DNA from: Flavobacteriales bacterium
Lineage (GTDB): Bacteria; Bacteroidota; Bacteroidia; Palsa-965
Direction: 5' to 3'
Length of the DNA stretch: 64,000 bases
Assembly (NCBI GenBank): GCA_040377305.1
Contig: JBEIPA010000003.1
Coordinates: 32,001-96,000, forward strand
Positions within the stretch are counted from its first letter, which is position 1; the number at the start of each line of letters is the position of its first letter. This document shows, one piece after another, positions 1 through 8,938 of the stretch. The notes beneath the pieces are model-generated. The model did not search any database, had not been told where the DNA came from, and saw only the letters and a program-made list of their open reading frames with translations. A program made the position numbers and the translations under genes.

Positions 1-114
1 GAGTTTGACGGTTGGGGAACGCCAATGACAAATGGAGGCTGGTTCAGCGATGATACACCCGATGAAATCATTCGAAAGCGATTGGGATTGCCACCGAGGG
101 AGAATGAGGAGTAA
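1..114 (+). CDS. 3' end of a gene truncated by the window edge; possibly RraB (RNase E inhibitor)-like
   Basis: Frame 1 reads EFDGWGTPMT...RENEE* to TAA at 112-114. (Y/F)DGWG resembles the C-terminal motif of RraB-family proteins. Confidence 0.4.
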   Translation, partial: EFDGWGTPMTNGGWFSDDTPDEIIRKRLGLPPRENEE

Positions 115-123
115 GGAAACGTA

Positions 124-187
124 GTCGCAATTCACCCGCATTCAGTCGCATTCTCCGTGTGTTGTTTTGTTTGTTGGTATAACTTTG
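124..187 (+). promoter_or_regulatory. Direct repeat GTCGCA (124 and 145, 21-bp period) followed by a Bacteroidota -7 box TAACTTTG (180-187)
   Basis: Seen in sequence. A similar arrangement occurs at 1889-1957. The spacing fits tandem AraC-family half-sites. Confidence 0.5.
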
Positions 188-207
188 TCGGACCTAATAC
201 TAACCTT

Positions 208-735
208 ATGCTCATCACATTCTCAATCATTGGTGGAATCATCGTTCTCGTTTTGCTCATCGGCGTTCTAACTCCGGGAGATGTAAAAATTGAAGACACG
301 ATTGTCATCAACAAACCAATTGATCAGGTTTTCGATTACATCCGTCACATGAAGAATCAGGACAAGTACAGTACCTGGAACATGATGGATCCGGAGATGA
401 AGAAAGAGTATTCCGGTACCGACGGACAAGTTGGTTTCGTTTACAAATGGGACAGCAATAAAGTGAAGAATGTTGGCGCGGGCGAACAGGAGATCAAATC
501 CATTACTCCCAACAAAAGCATGGAAATGGAATTGCGTTTTACGCGTCCGATGCAGGATGTGGCACACTCAAAATTCGTTACGGAATTGGTCGCGACGAAC
601 CAGACGAAAGTCATGTGGGGCTTCTACAGCAAAATGAAGTTTCCGATGACGATTATGAAACCGCTACTGACTGGGATGTTACGTAAGGCGTTGGTGACTG
701 GATTGCAGAATCTGAAGAAGGAAGTGGAGAAGTAG
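208..735 (+). CDS. SRPBCC/polyketide-cyclase-like (START fold) family protein with N-terminal membrane anchor
   Basis: ATG at 208 lies just after the -7 box. Hydrophobic N-terminus; typical motifs (VFDYI, GTDG.VG..Y.W, VGAGEQEI, GLQNLK). Confidence 0.8.
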   Translation: MLITFSIIGGIIVLVLLIGVLTPGDVKIEDTIVINKPIDQVFDYIRHMKNQDKYSTWNMMDPEMKKEYSGTDGQVGFVYKWDSNKVKNVGAGEQEIKSITPNKSMEMELRFTRPMQDVAHSKFVTELVATNQTKVMWGFYSKMKFPMTIMKPLLTGMLRKALVTGLQNLKKEVEK

Positions 736-749
736 CAAATCAATACCGC

Positions 750-877
750 TGGTAATTTTTACCACGAAGTACACAAAGACACGAAGAAAATGACCTTGGC
801 GTTTTGGCGTCTTGGCGGTAGAAATTACCATCGCACATGAACAACGAAAACTTTGTGCCTTTGTGAACTTTGTGGTC
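750..877. repeat. Composite intergenic inverted repeat of ~9-nt periodic units between convergent genes
   Basis: Left arm tggtaatttttaccacgaagtacacaaagacacgaag. Right arms cttggcgttttggcgtcttggcggtagaaattacca (795-830) and ctttgtgcctttgtgaactttgtggt (851-876). Confidence 0.75.
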
Positions 878-892
878 AATATTCAAGTGACG

Positions 893-1864
893 CTAAACCT
901 GCTTATTGTATTTGTTCCGATACTCCACAGGCGTTAGTCCCGTAATTTTCTTGAATACCGTTCGGAACGCTTTCGTATCTGTGTAGCCCACATCAAACAT
1001 CACTTCCGAAATATTCTTCCGGCTCGATTCGAAACTTCTCTTTGCTGCTTCGATCTTCACGCGTTGAACATATTCCGTTACTGAGTTGTTCGTTGCTTTA
1101 CGGAATCGTCGTTCGAAGTTTCTGCGACCGACACCGAATTTGTCGGCAAGTTCATCGACAGTAAATTTTTCAGAGAAATTTTCTTCGATAAACTCCTGCG
1201 CTTTCAAAACATCCGCATCGGCGTGATTTTTCTGCCCCTGAAAAAGCATAAACGCTTGCTGACTATCGCGATCGATGTCAATCGCAAAATATTTCGACGC
1301 GAGAATAGCTGTATCGCGGTCGGTGTATTTCTCCACGAGATAGAGCAGAAGATTCCAATACGAATTCGCACCACCGCTGGAGTAGATACGATCTTCTTCC
1401 GTGATGATGCTACCGTCGACTAGCTCAACATCAGGAAACATCGCACGAAACTCATTCGCAAATCCCCAATGTGTCGAACATTTCTTGTTGTTGACCAAAC
1501 CGGTTTGTGCAAGATGAAATGCTCCAATGCACAATGACGCAAGTTCTGAGCCATTCGCATATTGTTCGCGCAACCAGGGATAGAGTTCCTTGTTCTTCTC
1601 GATCATGGTTGGTATGTCGCCCTTTGTTGGTGGAATGAAAATGAGATCTGTTTTGCCAACTTCACCAATGAGTTTTTCTGTATGAACGGAAAATACACTG
1701 CCGTCCAGCTTCACATCACGTTTTACGCCTACGAGTTCCACCTTGAAAAAAGGTTCGCGCCCTTGTGCACGCAGAAAATCGTTTACGGTATTAAATAGAT
1801 AATGAGGATCAGCGACGGCTTCAATTACTGCTCCTTCCGGCACAAGTATGCTCACGTTTTTCAT
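893..1864 (-). CDS. GlxA-family transcriptional regulator (DJ-1/PfpI-like domain + AraC HTH)
   Basis: ASLCIGAF, CSTHW and YSSGG motifs; C-terminal AraC signature (RNFERRF, ISEVMFDVGY..FR.VFKK.TG.TP.EYR). Confidence 0.92.
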   Translation of the reverse strand: MKNVSILVPEGAVIEAVADPHYLFNTVNDFLRAQGREPFFKVELVGVKRDVKLDGSVFSVHTEKLIGEVGKTDLIFIPPTKGDIPTMIEKNKELYPWLREQYANGSELASLCIGAFHLAQTGLVNNKKCSTHWGFANEFRAMFPDVELVDGSIITEEDRIYSSGGANSYWNLLLYLVEKYTDRDTAILASKYFAIDIDRDSQQAFMLFQGQKNHADADVLKAQEFIEENFSEKFTVDELADKFGVGRRNFERRFRKATNNSVTEYVQRVKIEAAKRSFESSRKNISEVMFDVGYTDTKAFRTVFKKITGLTPVEYRNKYNKQV

Positions 1865-1888
1865 GCGACTAAGGTAGCGGAGGAGTTT

Positions 1889-1957
1889 GTCGCAAACAAC
1901 CCCAGAGATGGTCGTTTTTGCACCCGTTAGGTGTAGTTTTGTTGGTGCATATTTGCA
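1889..1957 (+). promoter_or_regulatory. Tandem GTCG repeat (1889 and 1911) plus -7-like box upstream of the VOC/SRPBCC operon
   Basis: gtcgcaaacaacccc...gtcgtttttgcaccc then ttgttggtgcatatttg; parallels 124-187. Confidence 0.45.
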
Positions 1958-1992
1958 ATGTCGGGTTCATTGGTCCACTATCCAGACCCGAC

Positions 1993-2114
1993 GATTAGTT
2001 GATTAGTTGAAATGCCGATTAGTAGATGGTATTATTTGATAATCTATGTTCGCGAGTGAACTCAATAGTAAACAACATCATCAACTAATCAACTAATTTG
2101 CATATCAACTAATC
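1993..2114. repeat. Inverted repeat of GATTAGTT octamer units
   Basis: gattagttgattagttgaaatgccgattagt (1993-2023) vs aactaatcaactaatttgcatatcaactaatc (to 2114). A related solo arm lies at 2623-2656. Confidence 0.75.
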
Positions 2115-2123
2115 TTTTTCACT

Positions 2124-2531
2124 ATGTCACGCCAAATCTTCGTCAACCTACCCGTAAAGGACCTTAACAAGTCGATTGAATTCTTTGCTAAACTGGGATT
2201 CACTTTCAATCCGCAATTCACAGATGAAACTGCGACGTGCATGATCATTGCAGATAACATATTTGCGATGCTACTCACGCATGCTCGATTTAAAGATTTC
2301 ACAGATAAAGAAATTGCGGACTCACATAAAACCATTCAGGTTATCAATGCACTTTCTGCAGAGAGTAGAGAGCAGGTGGATGAAATCGTGACGAAAGCGC
2401 TAGCAGGAGGTGGATCCGAACCGAAACCTGCACAGGATCACGGCTGGATGTACATTCGTCAAATTCACGATCTCGATGGACACGCGTGGGAGTTTGCATA
2501 TATGGATGCGAGTCAGATTCCAAATCAGTAA
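2124..2531 (+). CDS. VOC/glyoxalase family protein
   Basis: IFVNLPVKDL.KS.EFF..LGF.FNPQFTD and D.DGH.WE motifs. Confidence 0.9.
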   Translation: MSRQIFVNLPVKDLNKSIEFFAKLGFTFNPQFTDETATCMIIADNIFAMLLTHARFKDFTDKEIADSHKTIQVINALSAESREQVDEIVTKALAGGGSEPKPAQDHGWMYIRQIHDLDGHAWEFAYMDASQIPNQ

Positions 2532-2665
2532 ATCTGGGTGTCATTCCTCGGTACAGCGCTGTTGTATGTCAAGCTGCTCCGCAGATTTCTCAGCTTACTC
2601 GGTCTGACAACGCACCAAAGGCAATCAGCTAATCAGAAATTAGAAATCAGCTAATCAATCACAGC

Positions 2666-3091
2666 ATGGAAACGAACACCACACCTCAAGTAATAACCGT
2701 AGAGGCAACAGTAAGTGCTCCCGTAGATAAAGTATGGGATAACTACAATAATCCTGATCACGTGACGAAATGGAATTTTGCTGCTGACGACTGGCAGTGT
2801 CCCTGGGCGAAATCAGATTTTCGTGTGGGAGGAGAATTTACATCGCGCATGGAAGCGAAGGATGGAAGTTTCGGATTTGAGTTCGGCGCGACGTATACAG
2901 AGATCGAAACGAATAAACGAATTTCTTATGTGATGGCTGATGGTCGCAAGTGCACCGTGTCGTTTCTGCCGATTGGAAATACAACGCACGTGGTTGTAGT
3001 TTTCGATGCGGAATCACAGAACCCGGTGGAATTGCAAAAGGGTGGATGGCAAGCTATTCTCAACAACTTTAAGAAGTATTCTGAACAATAA
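2666..3091 (+). CDS. SRPBCC (AHSA1-like) domain protein
   Basis: VW...HVTKWNFA.DDW.CP, DFRVGG.F..RMEAKDGSFGF and Q..GWQAILNNFK motifs. Confidence 0.9.
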   Translation: METNTTPQVITVEATVSAPVDKVWDNYNNPDHVTKWNFAADDWQCPWAKSDFRVGGEFTSRMEAKDGSFGFEFGATYTEIETNKRISYVMADGRKCTVSFLPIGNTTHVVVVFDAESQNPVELQKGGWQAILNNFKKYSEQ

Positions 3092-3097
3092 ATATTC

Positions 3098-3255
3098 ACC
3101 ACATAGAATCATAGTTCGTTGTGTTTATGTTGGGCGAAAGAGGTACATAGTTCACAATAGTTAAATCGCACCGTGATAATCTCCTGTGAACTATGACGGG
3201 CCGCTCAGCGGACGCGCTTAGAAAACAAAGATTATTTTCTATGATCCTATGTGGT
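3098..3255. repeat. Nested inverted repeats in an intra-operon spacer
   Basis: Outer accacatagaatcatag (3098-3114) / ctatgatcctatgtggt (3239-3255), 16/17 match. Inner catagttcaca (3146-3156) / tgtgaactatg (3185-3195), perfect. Confidence 0.8.
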
Positions 3256-3271
3256 AAAAAAACAGATCAAA

Positions 3272-3700
3272 ATGACAACACAAAAAATTACACCCTTCAT
3301 GTGGTTCGAAAAGGACGGTGAAGAAGCAGCAAAGTACTATTGCAGCATTTTCAGGAATTCGAAAATCATTACAACGAACGCGTGGGTAACGCAGTTTGAA
3401 CTCGAAGGATTGACACTTTGTATACTCAGTGGCGGACCACAATTCAAACTCGACGAAGCATTCTCGCTTTCCATTCCCTGTGATACTCAGGAGGAGATCG
3501 ATTACTATTGGAACCGATTTGTTGGTGACGGAGGAGAGGAAAGTATGTGTGGATGGTGTAAAGACAAGTATGGAGTCTCGTGGCAGGTGGTTCCTGCAAA
3601 GCTGAGCGCGTTCATGAGCGATCCGGTGAAAGGAGAGCGCGTGATGGCTTCATTCATGAAAATGAAGAAGATGATTATTGCAGACCTTGACATTGATTAA
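3272..3700 (+). CDS. VOC family protein (PhnB / 3-demethylubiquinone-9 3-methyltransferase-like)
   Basis: KITPFMWF, EEAAKYY.SIF, QEEIDYYW and CGWCKDKYGVSWQVVP motifs; ATG at 3272. Confidence 0.9.
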   Translation: MTTQKITPFMWFEKDGEEAAKYYCSIFRNSKIITTNAWVTQFELEGLTLCILSGGPQFKLDEAFSLSIPCDTQEEIDYYWNRFVGDGGEESMCGWCKDKYGVSWQVVPAKLSAFMSDPVKGERVMASFMKMKKMIIADLDID

Positions 3701-3701
3701 T

Positions 3702-4115
3702 ATGAGTGTGATACAATCCTATTTAACATTCAGTGGAAATTGCAGAGAGGCGATGAATTTTTATCGCGACTGTTTGGGTGGCGAACTTTTTTTTCAAACG
3801 ATAGGAGAATCTCCGCTCGCTGAAAAGATGCCGGAGAAGATGCGTGAAATGATTCTGCATTCTTCACTGGAGAATGGTCCCCTTGTATTGATGGGCAGCG
3901 ACATGGTTCCCGATTCAGGATTAAAAAAGGGAAATGCCGTTTCGCTTTCACTGATGTGCGAGAGCGCAGAAGAAATGCGAGAAAGCTTCAGGAAACTCAG
4001 CGAAGACGGACAACCTACACATCCGATTGAAGAGACATTTTTCGGTGGACTACTTGGTGGCTTAACTGATAAATACGGGAATAACTGGTTGTTACATTAC
4101 GAAGCGAAAGTTTAA
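3702..4115 (+). CDS. PhnB-like VOC family protein
   Basis: YLTF.GNC.EAMNFY..CLGG, ILHS.L, LMGSD and TFFG...G.LTDKYG.NW motifs; ATG at 3702. Confidence 0.9.
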   Translation: MSVIQSYLTFSGNCREAMNFYRDCLGGELFFQTIGESPLAEKMPEKMREMILHSSLENGPLVLMGSDMVPDSGLKKGNAVSLSLMCESAEEMRESFRKLSEDGQPTHPIEETFFGGLLGGLTDKYGNNWLLHYEAKV

Positions 4116-4126
4116 CCGCAAATTGA

Positions 4127-4185
4127 ACCGCCAAGACGCCAAAACGCCAAGATTATTCGTCTTGGCGTTTTGAATTCTTGGCGGT
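4127..4185. repeat. Hairpin of the CTTGGCG-periodic repeat family between convergent genes (may act as a bidirectional terminator)
   Basis: accgccaagacgccaaaacgccaag (4127-4151) / cttggcgttttgaattcttggcggt (4161-4185). The left arm is the exact reverse complement of 795-819 and 52137-52161. Confidence 0.85.
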
Positions 4186-4209
4186 AAAAATCCGCATGTG
4201 GTATTCTAT

Positions 4210-6150
4210 TTATTCCTTAACGAACTGAACGTTCTTCATTGCGCCGGAATTGTCCAACGTGCGAAGAATATACGTTCCTGCAGGAAGCTCACTCACGTCA
4301 ATTTTGTTTTGCGAGTTGCCTGAGAAATTCCCTTTCAGTACTTCACGACCATTGATGTCCATCACCGAGTAACCAGTGAGCACCGCAGTGGTTTGCACTT
4401 GCAATACGTTCGTCACCGGATTCGGGAACACGTTAACATTCGATGCAACAGTGTTCTGCATTCCAAGACAGATGTCGACAGTGACGTTCACTTGTGCAGT
4501 GTCTGAACATGCAGTGAGTGAATCTACAAACGTATAAACAAGTACGTACGTACCTACGCCCGCTGTTGCAGGATCGAAGTTGTTTCCTGTTACTGCAGTT
4601 CCAGACCATGTTCCACCTGATGGTGAACCTGTCAATGCAACGGGTGCATCAGCAAGACATGGAATCATATTCGCAGCACTTCCTGCAGCAGTTGGCACGG
4701 TGTTGATCGTTACCGAAATCGTATCTGAATCTGAACAAGCATTCGCATCAGTTACAGTAACAAAGTAAGTTCCGCTTGCTGATGCAATCAATGTTTGATT
4801 CGTTGATGCATCATTCCAAAGATATGTTGCACCTGAAACCTGCGGATCAAGTGTAACTGTTCCTCCACACTGTGTTACGTCTGTTCCTAATGCAGCAACA
4901 GGTGGTGTGTTGATTGTAACGGAGATTACGTCTGTACCTGTGCAACCGTTCACAGTTGTAACGGTAGCGGTGTAAGTTCCGCTAAAAGTCAGCAACACCG
5001 TTTGCGTGGTACTTCCGTTGCTCCATAAATAAGTTGAGCCCGGATTTCCAGCATCTACGGTTGCATTGCTGCACGCTGTAATATCAGCACCTAATGCAAC
5101 AATCGGCAAAGGGTTAATTGTAATTGCCTGTGATGTTGGTGCACTTGATCCGCACGCATTGTCGGCAGTTACAGTTACATTTCCTGAAGTTGATCCGAAA
5201 GTCACGTTGATTGTTGTTGTGCCTTGACCTGAGTTGATTGTTGATCCTGCTGGAACTGTCCACGTATAACCTGTAGCTCCTGCAACCGGATTAATCGAAA
5301 AATTAGCTGTTGATCCATCACAATGTGAATTTGTACCTGCAATGGCACTTGGAGAAGCAGGCGTTGAACCTGAAGGACCGGGTGTAATTACCAGTTGCCC
5401 ATTTCCAGACTGAAAACCTGCTACATGCGTTACTGCTGTAGCCAATGGTTCAGCATAACTGCTTCCACCACCGCCACCAGCGAAACATGATCCGCCACCG
5501 CCGTAGTAGCCACCGCCACCACCGCCGCCGCCTGCACCATCACCGGAACCGGCACCACCAGCACCTAATGAACCAGCGGTAGTATAAGTAGGACAAGAGC
5601 AACATGCAATTCCTTGTTGTCCGCCTGCAGATTGAGTTCCACCTTTGCCACCTGAGTTAGGCCAGCTTGGAAAAGGAGTTCCATCAAGTCCGTTTAATCC
5701 ACCACCGTTTCCACCATTTCCATTCTGGTAGCCGCCACCGCCGCCGCCACCGGCAACAACGAGACGATCATTCACGGTATATGGTGCTCTGCGAATATCT
5801 GTTCCGCCTCCTCCTGTTCCTGAAGTTCCACCTGAGCTGTACGAGAATACACCCGCACCGCCATTGTAAACACCGGGGTGACTTCCCTGATTACTTGCAC
5901 CGAGTTCACCAACGAAAATCTCAAGTACCTCACCCGGAGTAACCGCAATTGTAGCCTGTACACGTCCGCCTAAGCCACCGGGTGCTGTAGGGCCTGTGCC
6001 TCCGGCAGCGCCGTAAGCATCAACCGTAATTGTCGTTACACAAGGAGGCACCGTGTAGGTCTGTGCGGCGCCTGTAAAATTGAATACTGTTTGCGCACCC
6101 AAACTTCCGGATGCAAGTAATAGCAGTAATAGTTTGTAAGTCTTTCTCAT
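4210..6150 (-). CDS. T9SS-secreted protein with glycine-rich (polyglycine) domain and Ig/PKD-like repeats
   Basis: Signal peptide ending GAQ; long G-runs (GGGGGGGGYYGGGG); YTWTVP and YLWSNG repeats; C-terminal VFPNP...G.Y......QFVKE sorting domain. Confidence 0.85.
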   Translation of the reverse strand: MRKTYKLLLLLLASGSLGAQTVFNFTGAAQTYTVPPCVTTITVDAYGAAGGTGPTAPGGLGGRVQATIAVTPGEVLEIFVGELGASNQGSHPGVYNGGAGVFSYSSGGTSGTGGGGTDIRRAPYTVNDRLVVAGGGGGGGYQNGNGGNGGGLNGLDGTPFPSWPNSGGKGGTQSAGGQQGIACCSCPTYTTAGSLGAGGAGSGDGAGGGGGGGGYYGGGGSCFAGGGGGSSYAEPLATAVTHVAGFQSGNGQLVITPGPSGSTPASPSAIAGTNSHCDGSTANFSINPVAGATGYTWTVPAGSTINSGQGTTTINVTFGSTSGNVTVTADNACGSSAPTSQAITINPLPIVALGADITACSNATVDAGNPGSTYLWSNGSTTQTVLLTFSGTYTATVTTVNGCTGTDVISVTINTPPVAALGTDVTQCGGTVTLDPQVSGATYLWNDASTNQTLIASASGTYFVTVTDANACSDSDTISVTINTVPTAAGSAANMIPCLADAPVALTGSPSGGTWSGTAVTGNNFDPATAGVGTYVLVYTFVDSLTACSDTAQVNVTVDICLGMQNTVASNVNVFPNPVTNVLQVQTTAVLTGYSVMDINGREVLKGNFSGNSQNKIDVSELPAGTYILRTLDNSGAMKNVQFVKE

Positions 6151-6228
6151 AGTGTTCAATTAGTTTGCATGGTGAATTTAGTGAAATTCAGCCTTGTGGC
6201 GGCACACAGCATGACTATATTAGTGCTT

Positions 6229-6522
6229 ATGGCAGCAACCAAAGGTTCCAGACGCGTTTGCAATCAAGGACACGTGTATTACAAGAGTAGCGATTGTCCA
6301 ACTTGTCCGGTTTGTGAAAGCGCGCGCAAACCTGCAGCAGATTTCATGAACGGACTTTCTGCTCCTGCTCGTCGGGGGTTGGAGAATGCCGGAATCAAAA
6401 CACTGAAACAGTTGGCGAAATATTCGGAGAAGCAAATTCTAGAATTGCATGGAATCGGACAGAGTGCGATACCGAAGTTGAAGAAAGTATTGGAGGAAGA
6501 AGGATTAACTTTTAAGAAGTAG
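6229..6522 (+). CDS. Small protein with Cys/His cluster and RNA polymerase alpha-CTD-like helix-hairpin-helix domain
   Basis: C..GH..YKSSDCPTCPVCE followed by LSAPARR.LE.AGI.TL.QL...SE..IL.LHGIG. Confidence 0.75.
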   Translation: MAATKGSRRVCNQGHVYYKSSDCPTCPVCESARKPAADFMNGLSAPARRGLENAGIKTLKQLAKYSEKQILELHGIGQSAIPKLKKVLEEEGLTFKK

Positions 6523-6534
6523 ATTGCTGATCAA

Positions 6535-7503
6535 ATGAAAATGTGGCGGACTGTTATTTACGCGTTTTGTATTTTGATTTTAAGCGGGGGCTGTTCCGAA
6601 AACCCCGAACCAGTTTCTATTCCAAACATTGTTCCTGTTCAATTCGGGTCATTTTCATTTCATGTGACAGATGAATGGACCATCACACGTTCTGCGGACA
6701 CACTCTTGCTCAAAAATGACAGCTGCACAATTAAAGTGCATCGCGGTATTAATCTACACCTTTCAATATTCAGAACAATGCCACCCACGCGGTTGCCGGA
6801 ACTAACAATTCGGGAAAGGAAAATGCTCAACCGATATTTTCCTTCTCCGTATTATCCGGATTCACTCCCCGATAGTCTTGCAACACTGCGCTTCACCGTT
6901 GCAAACGATTCCATTCTGCGCCGATATACCTGCAATTCGGATAGTGCCAATTTCCCTTCCGATTTTCTGGCAGTGCACCCTGTCAGCGGTAATAGTGTCC
7001 ACTTCGAAACAATTGTAGGACACGCAGACGCCGATTCTGTTTTTGCACTGATAGCCGGTAGCATTCGCTTCGTTCCTGATCGAACAGTGCCAACTATTCT
7101 CGCCTTTTCGTTTAATGATACTGCGATTAATTGTTGCGATGAGCTTCTGAAGGATGGAACAGACAACCCGTACTACAATAAAACGGTGATGCGGGTCAAC
7201 GATTCAATCATTGAGTACTGGACACCTCAACGGTTCCACAGTACGTATGTAAAGACAATGGATCATTCCATGGAGGTCATCGGAGATTCTATATTCGTCA
7301 AGGCGTTCAACGGACGTGCTGATCTCCATTATTTCGAGGAGTCTGAAATTATCGCGGCACCACCTAGCGAGGTAAGGATACAATGTGATTGCTGGACATG
7401 CGAGACCATTTATTTTAAGATCGGCATACCACGAGACCGCAAATACAAGATCAAATTCGTTGGTGAAACGGCTGCTGTTGGCGAAAAGATATTACTTCAG
7501 TAA
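6535..7503 (+). CDS. Hypothetical lipoprotein
   Basis: 322-aa ORF with lipobox-like LSGGC; no family recognised. Confidence 0.6.
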   Translation: MKMWRTVIYAFCILILSGGCSENPEPVSIPNIVPVQFGSFSFHVTDEWTITRSADTLLLKNDSCTIKVHRGINLHLSIFRTMPPTRLPELTIRERKMLNRYFPSPYYPDSLPDSLATLRFTVANDSILRRYTCNSDSANFPSDFLAVHPVSGNSVHFETIVGHADADSVFALIAGSIRFVPDRTVPTILAFSFNDTAINCCDELLKDGTDNPYYNKTVMRVNDSIIEYWTPQRFHSTYVKTMDHSMEVIGDSIFVKAFNGRADLHYFEESEIIAAPPSEVRIQCDCWTCETIYFKIGIPRDRKYKIKFVGETAAVGEKILLQ

Positions 7504-7602
7504 CTTTCAATACTCCGTAGGCTGATTATCTATGAAACGCAACGATTGTATCGCGTCACGGTGAAAAGTGACGGATTTTCACTTAGCATCACTAATTGGT
7601 AG

Positions 7603-8277
7603 ATGAAAAAGTTCTGGTCAGTTCCCGTTTTGATAGCCGTGTTGTCTTCGTGTTCCGAAACGACTGAGTCAGAATCAAAGCAAATCATAGATTCCACGGA
7701 TAAGGATACCGTGCAAACCTTAAAAGTCTACCCCATCGAAGCCCGCCTCTGCGGACCCATGCTCTCCTTCGCAAACCACATCGACTCGAATGGTTTCAGT
7801 TGTGATTCATCACGCCTTGCTAAAGTTTATACATGGCTCAGCGACAACGAAAATTTGTATGGACGCAATCACTCGTTTTATGTGTGTGATAGAAGTGAAA
7901 GTTGTCTTGCAACATCTTCTATGCTCGACAATACGGAGCATGCAGAGTGGTTTGATTCGATCTGGGGTGACACTCCGGAACCGATCATTGCTTATTTCTT
8001 CACTGATCCAGGCTCGGATGGTTTCTATATAGACGGTGTCATGGAACAATGGAAGCTCAGCGATTCAACAGCTGCCCGATTGGTTGCTGAGAAAATTGCA
8101 TTCACAGAAAACATTTTTGGTCACAACGTAGCTCCAATGCTCTGTTACGTTGATGATTGTGTTTACGTAATCTATTCACGTTCTACACCGGCGATGTATA
8201 CGCTGCTTCCGTACTTCAGATGGTTCGTTGATGACAACAGTGCTGTAATTGTCGCGCGCGAAAACGGCTGGCAATAA
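7603..8277 (+). CDS. Hypothetical lipoprotein
   Basis: 224-aa ORF with lipobox LSSC. Confidence 0.65.
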   Translation: MKKFWSVPVLIAVLSSCSETTESESKQIIDSTDKDTVQTLKVYPIEARLCGPMLSFANHIDSNGFSCDSSRLAKVYTWLSDNENLYGRNHSFYVCDRSESCLATSSMLDNTEHAEWFDSIWGDTPEPIIAYFFTDPGSDGFYIDGVMEQWKLSDSTAARLVAEKIAFTENIFGHNVAPMLCYVDDCVYVIYSRSTPAMYTLLPYFRWFVDDNSAVIVARENGWQ

Positions 8278-8320
8278 CGCTGAAAAGGAAACGAAGCCAG
8301 GTTTAAAATCTGAATTATGC

Positions 8321-8353
8321 AACCGGGAACGGGGAACTGAGAACCGGAAACTA
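8321..8353. repeat. Solo heptamer-periodic arm (AACnnnn x4) abutting a TAG stop
   Basis: aaccggg aacgggg aactgag aaccgga aacta; same unit family as 37197-37314. Confidence 0.7.
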
Positions 8354-8668
8354 TTCTTCTGAACTCACATAAACATAATCCAGATTCGGATTGAACTCCG
8401 GATTTGTTTCGAGAATCGTTTCAGCTAGTTGGCGAAGTGCGTAGTTGCGAACCGGACGACCTTCGTTGAGATCTTCCAGACGCTGCATGAACTTGAAAGG
8501 AATTCCAGTCCACACCTGAGCGAGTGGTTCAGAAATCTCAGTAAACTTAAACTGCACCCACTTGTCTTCTTCCTGATTGTGCAGTCCATGACTACCATTG
8601 ATCATTCGGTCGGCATTTACCGGGATGATCCGCACTCCTGTTGTCATTTCCACCATGATCTGCACCAT
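8351..8668 (-). CDS. Hypothetical protein
   Basis: About 105-aa ORF with protein-like composition, ATG at 8668; fills the gap without conflict. Confidence 0.55.
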   Translation of the reverse strand: MVQIMVEMTTGVRIIPVNADRMINGSHGLHNQEEDKWVQFKFTEISEPLAQVWTGIPFKFMQRLEDLNEGRPVRNYALRQLAETILETNPEFNPNLDYVYVSSEE

Positions 8669-8938
8669 AAACAAAGAAATTACTTCTTGTTGCCGTCAAA
8701 AATAGATGGTGGATCGATAGCTAAATGGAAATGCGTTTTGAAGTTATTAGCATTAAAATGTTTAATACGACGAAAAATCGCCCTTTTTCAATTGTTCAAA
8801 ACCCAAAATTCTACACTGGGATAAGGCGTGGAACGTGCATGAACGCTGCAAAAGTGCGATTGTGTGTAAGGTTCGTAATGCTGTTAATATCGATGATTTT
8901 GAGCATGATTATTCTTATCAACAAGTGCAGCTTTTAAG

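Noticed and set aside
5460-5760. CCG/CCA trinucleotide runs as a DNA-level repeat element
   Set aside because: Explained by polyglycine codons of the minus-strand gene.
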